Shown here one piece after another: positions 26,170 through 38,100 of a DNA stretch of 64,000 nucleotides. The stretch covers positions 7,505,129-7,569,128 of the forward strand of contig CM082576.2 in assembly GCA_040954595.2 (NCBI GenBank), given 5' to 3'. Numbering within the stretch: the first letter of the stretch is position 1; every line of letters starts with the position of its first letter. The notes below the pieces were generated by a model. It saw nothing but the letters and a program-made list of their open reading frames with translations, made no database searches and had not been told where the DNA came from. Both the position numbers and the translations under genes were made by a program. The DNA is from Balanoglossus misakiensis (Eukaryota; Animalia; Hemichordata).

Positions 26170-29100
26170 ATGGGATTCTCCAATTTCTCAAAAGTTCCAA
26201 GGACAATAACTTTGTTGATGGTAGCATTTGCATTGCTTGCACCTCGTACTTGCCATACTGCTGTGCTCCTCAATGAACTCAACGCAGACAATCCTGGAAC
26301 AGATGCTGAAGAATATATCGAACTCTACAACACAGCAGACCAGGCAGTTTCATTAGAAAATTACATTGTGGTTCTCTACAATGGAAATGGTGAAACTGCC
26401 TATGAAGTCATCACTTTTAGCAGCAGTTCCAGTATATCTGCCAAGGGTTTCTACGTGATTGGATCGACCAATGTTGTTCCTCCACCAGATGTTCTTCTTG
26501 GCGACACAAACATCATACAGAATGGAATCGATGCAGTTGCTCTGTACTTTGGAGACACTTCTAAGTTCACCATTGGTATGAGTGTTACCAATGACAGTTT
26601 GGTGGATGCTATTGTTTATGACAATGGTGGTGACCATGACGACAGCAAACTCATCGATGTTCTTACCCCAGGACAGAGGACTTTGCATGAGGATTCCGGT
26701 GGGGATGACGTAGATGAATCTTTGAGTCGATGTGTTGGTACAGATCCATTGACTTTGTCTCAGTTCTTGTTAACTCCACACACACCAGGCTCTTCAAATG
26801 ACTGCGCTCCCACGACGATCATCTTGAACGAGTTGAATTCTGACAACCCAGGTACGGACCAGGCAGAGTTCATTGAACTCTATAACACAGCTGATTCAGT
26901 GATGAGTCTTGACAACTATGTGCTGGTGTTCTACAATGGAAATGATGACAATAAAGCTTACTTGGTAATAGCCCTGAATGGAAGTATCCCAGGCAACGGT
27001 TACTATGTGATTGGATCAGCATTGGTCGATCCAATGCCAGACCAAATTCTACCGGGTGATGAACACATCTTGCAGAATGGAGTTGATGCTGTGGCTTTAT
27101 ACTATGGGAGTCCGTCACTTTATACAGTTGGCATGATTGTGACAACAGACAATCTGGTAGATGCGATAGTTTATGACAAAAGTGGAGGTCATTCAGACAC
27201 CTTGACTAATATTCTTACCCCAGGTGAACTGACATTACATGAAGATGATGACATGTTTGATTTTCCTGATGAGTCTCTCGGCCGATGTACCGGGAATGAT
27301 CCCAGAATTCTTTCTCAGTACTGGGTGGGTCCAATAACACCTGGCTCTGACAACAACTGCAGTTTTCCCAATCCAACTGCGTTGCCAACTACTCCAAGAC
27401 CAGTCACCTCAGCAGCTGTGCTCCTCAATGAACTCAACGCAGACAATCCTGGAACAGATGGCGAAGAATATATCGAACTCTACAACACAGCAGATCAGGC
27501 AGTTTCATTAGAAAATTACGTCGTGGTTCTCTACAATGGAAATGGTGAAACTGCCTATGAAGTCATCACTTTTGGCAGCAGCTCCAGTATAGCTGCCAAA
27601 GGATTCTACGTGATTGGATCATCCAATGTTGTTCCTCCACCAGATGTTCTTCTTGGTGACACAAACATCATACAGAATGGAATCGATGCAGTAGCTCTGT
27701 ACTTTGGAGACACTTCTAAGTACACCATTGGTATGAGTGTTACCAATGACAGTTTGGTGGATGCTATTGTTTATGACAACGGTGGTGACCATGACGACAG
27801 CAAACTCATCGATGTTCTCACTCCGGGACAGAGGACTTTGCATGAGGATTCCGGTGGGGATGACGTAGATGAATCTTTGAGTCGATGTGTTGGTACAGAT
27901 CCATTGACTTTGTCTCAGTTCTTGTTAACTCCACACACACCAGGCTCTTCAAATGACTGCGCTCCCACGACAGTAATCTTGAACGAGTTGAATTCTGACA
28001 ACCCAGGTACGGACCAGGCAGAGTTCATTGAACTCTATAACACAGCTGATTCAGTGATGAGTCTTGACAACTATGTGCTGGTGTTCTACAATGGAAATGA
28101 TGACAATAAAGCTTACTTGGTAATAGCCCTGAATGGAAGTATCCCAGGCAACGGTTACTATGTGATTGGATCAGCATTAGTCGATCCAATGCCAGACCAA
28201 ATTCTACCGGGTGATGAACACATCTTGCAGAACGGAGTTGATGCTGTAGCTTTATACTATGGAAGTTCCTCACTTTATACAGTTGGCATGACGGTGACAA
28301 CAGATAATCTGGTTGATGCGATAGTGTATGATAAAAGTGGTGGTCATTCAGACACCTTGACAAATATTCTTACCCCAGGTGAACTGACATTACATGAAGA
28401 TGATGACATGTTCGATTTTCCAGATGAGTCTCTTGGCCGATGTACCGGAAATGATCCCAGAATTCTGTCTCAGTACTGGGTGGGTCCAATAACACCTGGC
28501 TCTGACAACAACTGCAGTTTTCCCAATCCAACTGCGGTACCAACAACTCCAAGACCAGTCACGTCAACTGTGCTCCTCAATGAACTCAATGCAGACAATC
28601 CTGGAACAGATGGCGAAGAATATATCGAACTCTACAACACAGCAGATCAGGCAGTTTCATTAGAAAATTATGTCGTGGTTCTCTACAATGGAAATGGTGA
28701 AACTGCCTATGAAGTCATCACTTTTGGCAGCAGCTCCAGTATATCTGCCAAAGGATTCTACGTGATTGGTTCGTCCAATGTTGTTCCTGCACCAGATGTT
28801 CTTCTTGGCGACACAAACATCATACAGAATGGAATCGATGCAGTTGCTCTGTACTTTGGAGACACTTCTAAGTACACCATTGGTATGAGTGTTACCAATG
28901 ACAGTTTGGTGGATGCTATTGTTTATGACAACGGTGGTGACCATGACGATAGCAAACTCATCGATGTTCTCACCCCAGGACAGAGGACTTTGCATGAGGA
29001 TTCTGGTGGGGATGACGTCGATGAATCTTTGAGTCGATGTGTTGGTACAGATCCATTGACTTTGTCTCAGTTCTTGTTAACTCCACACACACCAGGCTCT

Positions 29101-32100
29101 TCAAATGACTGTGCTCCCACGACAGTCATCTTGAACGAGTTGAATTCTGACAACCCAGGTACGGACCAGGCAGAGTTCATTGAACTCTATAACACAGCTG
29201 ATTCAGTGATGAGTCTTGACAACTATGTGCTGGTGTTCTACAACGGAAATGATGACAATAAAGCTTACTTGGTGATAGCCCTGAATGGAAGTATCCCAGG
29301 CAACGGTTACTACGTGATTGGGTCAGCATTAGTCGATCCAATGCCAGACCAAATTCTACCAGGTGATGAGCACATCTTGCAGAATGGAGTTGATGCTGTG
29401 GCTTTATACTATGGAAGTCCGTCACTCTTTACAGTCGGTATGACAGTGACAACAGATAATTTGGTTGACGCGATAGTGTATGACAACAATGGTGAACATT
29501 CGGACACCTTGACAAACATTCTTACCCCAGGAGAGCAGACGTTGCATGAAAATGACTTCTTTTATGACTTTCCTGATGAGTCACTCGGCCGATGTACTGG
29601 AAATGATCCAAGAATTCTTTCTCAGTATTGGTTGGGGCCAATAACACCTGGCTCTGAGAACAACTGCAGTTTCCCGAACCCAACACAGTTGATCCCAACT
29701 GTTTCTCAAATGAGTACTCTTCCTGAAACAAGTACCGAACAAACAACAGCACCAGGTCCAGTTTCTTCACCCGTCATCATCAACGAGCTTAATGCCGATA
29801 ATCCCGGAACTGACGACCAAGAGTTCGTCGAGTTATTCAACACGGGTGACAACCCTATCCAGCTGGACAACTACATCTTGGTTTTCTATACAGGCAGCAG
29901 TGACACAGCCTATGCCGTTGTCCAGTTGCCAAACGGTCAGTCTATTCCTGCAGGTGGTCACTTCGTCGTTGGATCGAGTAACGTGAATCCCACACCGGAT
30001 CTGATCCTGAGCGGCAGCATATCAGTTCAGAACGGAGAAGACGCAGTGGCGTTGTACTACGGCAATCCTTCGCGCTATTCTGTCGGCATGTACGTCACCA
30101 ACAGTGGGCTGGTTGACGCCATCGTCTACGATAACAGCGGTCAGCACGATGACACGCTGACGGATGTGCTAACACCTGGTGAAGAAACCCTCCACGAGGA
30201 CTCTAACCACCTGGCGAATGATGAGAGTCTGAGTCGCTGCGGCGGTACCGACCCTTTAAAGTTGTCCCAGTATGCCCTCACTGCGCCAACGCCGGGCACG
30301 GCCAATTTGTGTAACAGCACCCTTCCGTCCACTCCAACTGTGGTCGTGCCGACTCTTGATCCAGCACTGCAGCCGGACGTTGTCATTAACGAGTTTGACG
30401 TGGATGCTGCCAACCAGTTTATTGAGCTGTACGACGGTGGAGTTGGTGGGACTGCGTTAGATGGTTTGGTCCTGGTGCTGTACGATGGACTTTCCAGCAC
30501 TGTCTACTGGCATTACGACCTGAACGGCTACAAGACCGGTCCAGGCGGCTACTTCGGGGTCGGCACCAGCCAGCCCAACTGGACTCCAGACATCGCACTC
30601 ATGCCGGACATCATTAAGAGGGACGGTATCAATGCAATAGCTTTGTATTACACACCAGCATCTAATGTGTCACCGGGCACAGCGGTGACCAACCAAGACC
30701 TAGCCGATGCTCTGGTATACTCGTCAACAGAAGGTGATTTCAGTAACCACCCGCTCACCTCAACCCTCACACCAGGTCAGGATGTTCTCACGGAAGACGA
30801 AAGCATCTCTCAAGAGGAGGGCTCGTTCAGCCGTTGCCGGGGATGGCGTCTGCTGCTCATTTCATCCTTCATGCAAACCACTGCCACCCCCAGCTCGAGC
30901 AACAACTGCACCCTGCCGGCCGTCGTGTTGAACGAAGTCAACGTTGCTCAGTCTGGCCAGACCGTCCATAATTACGAGTTCATCGAACTTTACGATGGTG
31001 GAATAGGCCGTCAGAGCTTAGACGGTGTTTTGGTCGTCTTTTACAACGGAAACGGTGATGTGTCGTATCTTACAATAGACTGCACTGGATATAGCACTGA
31101 TGCTGATGGGTACCTCATAATAGCGGCTGATGTAGACAGCACCCTCGACCCGGACATCACAGTTCCGTATAACCCACAAGGATTTATCCAGAACGGTCCA
31201 GACGCAGTTGCTCTACACCTGGCCCCTCCGCAGCAGTTCCCTACAAGCACACCAGTCACTGACATCAACCTGATCGACGCAGTCGTCTACGGCACCAACG
31301 ACAACCCCGATCTGCAGCTGCTGGATGCACTGTTGCCCGGGCAACATCAAGTCAACGAAAACTCCAACTTCAAGCCGGAAGACCACAGCATCAGCCGGTG
31401 CGAATGCTGCCAGTCCCTCAATTCCTCCGCCTTCGGCTTGGGTCCGGTGACGCCTCGTGGTCTCAGCGTCAACTGCACCCGGAACAATGAGACGGTGACG
31501 GAGACCGTGCCCGTCTTGCAAGACCTGCTGCGGATCTACGAGGTGAATGCCGACCAGGAAGGTGATGACTTGCATGAATTTATAGAGCTTGGCAGTCCGT
31601 ACAAGTTTGTGTCATTAGATGGCATTGTGGTGGTTCTGTACAGTGGTGGAGATGACAGGTGAGATCAGAATTCAGCTACGTATATGGGAAAATGATCGGA
31701 AAGTGAATATTTGGGCAAACCCTATGATTTGCTCTTTTATGTTAGAAAAAATTCCAATCTCTTAAGGATTATAACTTTACAATGAGTTGGTGGAGTAATA
31801 TGGCAAACAGTAGCGTTTTGAAATAACTTTTGTTTTTCACACCTTCAGATATTTTCAACATATATGGAATGTCACAACTCACTAAATAAGTCTAAGCATT
31901 AATTGATAATGAAAATGATTGACTAATTTTGATACTCTTTGTGTTACAGATCATACAGGACTTTTGATTTGACTGGATACCAGACCAATGACAAGGGTTT
32001 ATTTGTAATAGGGTCTACAGCCATTACCCCAACACCAGATATAGTGGTCAGTCAGCAAGCTTGGATTCAAAATGGACCTGATGCTGTCGCCTTGTACAAG

Positions 32101-35100
32101 GTAATCTAACCAAGGCTTTTACATTGACATTTGTTACATAATTACTTCATGTTACTCCACAAATGGATGTGAAAGATAGTACCTTCTATTGTCAGAACAA
32201 TTAAGCTTTTGGACTATTGACAAGACCAAAATATTATTTCACAAAACTCTTGCCAATAGATACGTTTTATTAAAAAAAAATTTAATACCAAAAGCCCAAA
32301 ACTCCAAAGAAAACCTATACTTGACTCTTCTGGTATGTTGAGCTGCTTGACATAATTCAAAATGGATAACATGCTGAGTGTAATAATTGTCTTTATGTTT
32401 CTTATGTATGTGTATATTAGGGTGTGGCCACAGACTTCCCAATGGGCACGTATGTGACAGATGAAAACTTACTTGATGCAGTAGTGTATGGGACAAATGA
32501 TAAAATGGATCAAGAATTATTAGATGTGTTATCTCCTGGACAGGATCAAATCAATGAAGATTGGGATCATCATACAGGTACAGAGTACTTACGTATTCAG
32601 TGTCATTTTTGAACAGTATAGAAACTTGGCTCTTTCAGCAAAAATAAGAGAAATCCAACTGTTTCATGTACAAGTTATGGTAAATGAAGAATTTTAATTG
32701 GATTTTCCCAAATAATTGAAGACATTTTTGAAAACTCTTGTATGCTGTTATGTTGTTGTAATCATTAGCAATTGATGGTTTTGATTGATTGAACAGGTGA
32801 TGAATCCATCATTCGGTGCTATTCCAACAATGCCATAGATCTGATGGCTTTTACGCTGGGACACCCATCACCTGGTGCGCTGAACACTTGTCCATTGCCA
32901 CCACTTGTTGTCAATGAAATCAATGTAGATCAGGCTGGAGCTGATAAGGCTGAATATATTGAGCTACGCAGTCTTGACAGAGCTGGGTTTCCTCTCAACA
33001 ACCTTGTTGTGGTGAGTCTAATGGGTGTGGTTGTCAATCATAAAATGAAGTGGATGGATGCAGCCATATCTTTGTTGATAACAGTCATTCCTCAGAATGA
33101 AATATGATATCAGAATTTTAATAACAGTAGTTACTGTATTTTCTTACGGACTTGTAAGTTATGTCTGTTCACTGACCTACATGTACTGTACAAACACCAT
33201 GATACCAATTACCTGATTGGAAAATCATAACACTGTCAATTTGGTCTGGCAACTTGAACCTGCAAAGTTCATCTGACAGTTAATATTGACATTATGATTT
33301 TGTTTTTTTTTGTCGCTACTCATTATTATAGGTCCTTTACAATGGCAAAACTGACCTGTCCTATCGGTCAGTTGGTATTGATGGTCATCGCACGGACAAC
33401 AACGGACTCTTCCTAATCGGCTCCGACCAGGTGTCTGTAGTCCCCGATCTGATTATCAATGCGCCGGCCGATGGTTTCATCCAGAACGGCCCTGATGCAG
33501 TGGCTCTCTACTCGGGCACCGAAGCCGATTTCCCAGACGACACGTTCGCTACAAACGACAGTTTGATCGACGCTATCGTCTACGCCACTGACGGAGATCC
33601 GCCGGCCCAGTCGCTGGTCGATATATTGACTCCCGGTGGAGAGCAAGTGATCGAGGATGATCGGTTTCACTACGGCGACGAGTCCATCAATCGCTGCGAC
33701 GGGGACGCCGGTGACGTCAGAATCGTTGTGTCTCATTTGTCTCCCAAGATGAAGAACATCTGTCCGCTGAGTGGCAATGTCAGTCTCATCGTCAATGAAG
33801 CTGGAGTGGTGCAAAACAACAACTTTATTGAAATCTGGGACGATGGATATGGTGAAGCCCTACTTGGTAAGTCTGCAAGGGGCAACAAATGGATTGAAAT
33901 GTGGGAACACTTTTCTGACCAAAGAAAGTATTTGTGTGGTGTGTGAGCATTTACTGCATTTACCATAAATGAGTTTTTTTGTACATATTTTTTTTTACAG
34001 ATGGCTATGTCATTGTGGTTTACAATGACAATGATGAGTCCGTCATTACCTTCGATTTGACTGGGTACACAACGAACCAGCAAGGCTACTTTGTGGTGGG
34101 GTCAGACAGTGTCCAGCCAGGAATGGTGGTGGATCAAGGTAAGATGTCATGAAACCATGAAGAGTCTGTTTATTCAGGTATCACAATAAGAGTGCTCATA
34201 ATGAACCGATTGGTTTATGTGAAGAACCTCAAGGTCTGTTCTCATAGCTTAAAGCACGAGTGCACCTGGTGTGCACCTGTTTGAAGTGTTTGACGAAGCA
34301 ATTCATCTGTCAAAGACAACCCTGTGAAATTGCTTCTTGGGTGTACATTTATGTAAATAATAAAGATGTAATTATAATTAAATGCGGTTTTATAAGTATG
34401 CAAATAAAATTGTACTGTCCATCTGTTTGTATATCAAATTTGTCCAGACGACCATACTAGCCAATCACTACTGAATGTGCAATCTTCCTTTGGACTCTCA
34501 GATTTCCTACCAATGCTGAATGGTGGCATTGGCGTGTACAGAGCCCCAGCCTCACAGTTCCCCAATGGTACATCGGCTACTGCAGAGAATATCGTAGATG
34601 CACTTGTGTACAGTCAACAGGGTAACTCTGCTGATAGTCTGGCAGAAGTGTTACTCGGTACCCAAGCTGCTGAACAGGTGAGTCTATTATCTAAAAAAAA
34701 ACTGTGAGAAATGCATTAAGCTAAACTGAAATATTAAAAACATATATATGAGAAATTAAACAGTGATCAGGGCAACAGAGCAAAGTTTGGGAGATATTGT
34801 GAGCATACCTTGTAAAGTAAAATTTAAGTGCAGGTGCTATCTGATTGTTCCAAAATAAGGACCAGCTTGATCTGAAAATGAAACACTGAAAACTTAAGTG
34901 CAATTGTCTGTCACCACTCCCACCAACAGGTGAATTCTGATGCTGTACAGACTGGCAGCAACACCATCAGTAGATGTCTGTCAGGCAACACACGAGACTC
35001 AGCAGCTCATACTGCAGGTGTCAGCAGCCCAGCATCTCTCAACAAGTGTCCTGTGTACAACACTGACATCATCATCAGCGAACTCAATGCAGACCAGCCA

Positions 35101-38100
35101 GGAGATGACGACAGAGAGTTCATCGAACTCTATGACGGTGGCCGGGGCAACAGTTTGCTGTCCTATCTCACTCTGGTGATGTACAACGGTGGTGGGTTGG
35201 ATAGCTCGTACATGGCTGTGAATCTGGATGGGTACTCGACCAACTCTGATGGATATCTTGTCATTGGATCCAGTAATGTGCAGCCAGGTAAGAGAATCCA
35301 CTCGGAATTTGAGTGATGATTTGCGCACCAGTTTGAGTTAAGAGTAAGTGTATCACAAGAAAATCATCCCAATTTATAAAACAAACTTTCTAAATGAAAT
35401 AACTTCACCAGCCCACTGGGATTTCAATCTATTTCAGCTGCAGATATTGTACTCAGTTCAGAGAATGGTGGCTTTCTGCAGAATGGACCAGACGCCATCG
35501 CCATATACCGCGCTCCGACCACAGCATTTCCGTACGGCACACCAGTTACTGATGTCAGTCTCCTAGATGCTTTGGTTTACAGCACCAATGACCAGGTGGA
35601 TCAAGTTCTTCTCGACACACTCACACCAGGTCTGTGACAAGGGATGTTCATAATCATTCATCATCTCCATTTGCTAAGTTAAATTTAAGGCTTGGATGCA
35701 TTTTTCATATTGTATTCTGAAAGGCCACTTAAGAAAACTTGTTTAATTCAAGTAGTGGAAGAATTATATTTAGTGGAGGGCGTGTGTGCAGATATAAGAT
35801 GTATGTTTGTTGTGTCTGCCTTTCTTCACAGGGGGAAATCAAGTCAAAGAAACTGCAGATGCCACTGGTAATGATCAGAGTATCAGTCGTTGTTATGGCA
35901 ACACGAGGTTCGACACATCAAGCTATATACTGGCTGCTCCAACGCCAAAGGCCAACAACAGCTGTCCAAGCCCTCCTCCTCCAGCTGAAGGTGAATAACT
36001 TGCATCATTGTAGGCCCTATGCTTGTATTGAGAGATTGTATCTATTAATACTCTGTGTACATTGGAATTGGCCAATTAGGGTGCAAAGTTCATTTCATTT
36101 CTGAATTTGCCTACAAGCATCTATCTTATGTTTCCATAGTGTATCATCAGTACTGTTGAAAGGGTGAATCATCTTGAACAATCATCAGGCATTAGGGTGG
36201 GGTTCCATTTGTACAAGGATTAAACTACTCATCAAAGCAAACATCCTTAAGAATGTGTGAATACAAGAAAGAAGAGATAATGATATCACTTAATGTTTAA
36301 TATTTTGAGACGTACATCTCTGTATTGATCAAGAGATATGATTTGTTATCTGTTCTTGGCCAGACATTATCATCAACGAGTTGAACGCTGACAGCCCAGC
36401 TACAGACACGCATGAATTCATAGAACTCTACGACAAGGGCGTTGGCAATACTCCATTGGATGGACTCATTCTTGTATTCTTCAACGGTGCTGATGATGAT
36501 AAGTCATACTTTGAACTGGACCTCAATGGTTACAAGTAAGTTACCTTTGATTTTGCTAGTGAGAAAAGAAATAACTTTATTTTCAATGACAGATGCACGA
36601 CAGTTATAATGTATGGCAGATCAGTAAATTAAAAGAAATCGTTTATTATTTTTTTTTTCAGGACCAACAGCAATGGATACTTTGTCATCGGAAGTGACAA
36701 TGTTGTACCACAACCGGACATCATAGTTGACTTCAGCTTTCTTCAGAATGGCCCGGATGCAGCCGTCTTGTACAATGCCAACCTTGCAGACTTTCCTCGC
36801 GGCACCATGGCAACCAGTGACAACATGGTGGATTGTATCGTCTATGGCACCAATGATGACCAGGACGAAACTCTCATAGCGATCCTTGCCCCTGGACAGA
36901 TCCAAGTGAACGAGAATGACGGTCATCTCAGTCAAGATGAGTCTCTGTCCAGATGTCTGTCAGATGATGTGGTCAATTTGTTTGCATACATCGTCTCAGA
37001 GCCCACTCCAGGTAAATTCATGTCCTTTCCACAGGGTTCGTATTCTCCTGGAAACTCTTGGACTTTTGAATTACTCTGGGTGTATGTACTTTGATCTTAT
37101 AGCACATTTGTATTCGTGAAGACAAAAACAAAAAAACAAGAGGAAAACAGCAGCAGTTATTTCTATCACTGGGGGCGTTGCATGTGGGTATTTTGACTTT
37201 GAGGATCCACTAGATCAGGATACGTATTTCCACTTTAGCTTCAGGATCACTTGAGAAAAAGTCACAAACAAGAAAACCTCGTCAAGTCGTCAGGATGTAG
37301 GATTAAAACTATTTAGTCAAAAGGAATGTACACATGTTAATCTTTCCTTTCACAGGATCAGCAAACAACTGCACCCTGTCGACTATTGTGATCAATGAAC
37401 TGAATGTTGATCAGCCTGGCGTAGATGAGAAGGAGTTCATAGAGTTGTACGATGGTGGCAGAGGCTACACCTCCCTGGATTCGCTGATTGTGGTCTTGTT
37501 CAATGGACAGGACAATGACAAGTCCTACAGCACCATTCCACTGCAGAATTACAGAACCGATGGGTGAGGTTTTTTTGGCACGTGTGCCACTCACTAAAAA
37601 TTTGCAGTTGGCTATACTAACCAGTACATGTATTTAAATTTGCATAGGTAACCGTTTACACATGTACCTTGAAATGTACAATATGTATTCTATATACAAT
37701 TCTAATACAGTGGCCCTTGTGCTGTGGTCAACTTGCAGTGATGGTTACTTCGTCATTGGCGCTGAAGGAGTTACTGACTACGTTGACATCATAATCGATG
37801 CTGACAATGGGTTCCTGCAGAATGGGGCGGATGCCATCGCTGTCTATCGCGACGACCCCAGGAACTTTCCGGATGGCACCCTACCAACCCAGGAAAACTT
37901 GGTGGATGCCCTGGTCTATGGAACATCAGACAACAGGGACGACTCTCTGGTGGATGCTCTGTTGCCCGGGCAACACCAAGTTGACGAGAGTGCGGATTTC
38001 ATGGACGGAGACGAGAGCATAAGCCGCTGTATCTGTTGTGAGGCGTTACAGGCATCTGCGTTCGGACTGGGTCACCCTTCCCCCAGGGGTGCCAACAACT

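Noticed and set aside
26170-31662. Bacterial contaminant or integrated prokaryotic gene (long intronless ORF with bacterial-like domains)
   Set aside because: The ORF ends at a GT donor and continues in phase through 17 more spliceosomal exons to a TM and an NPxY tail.
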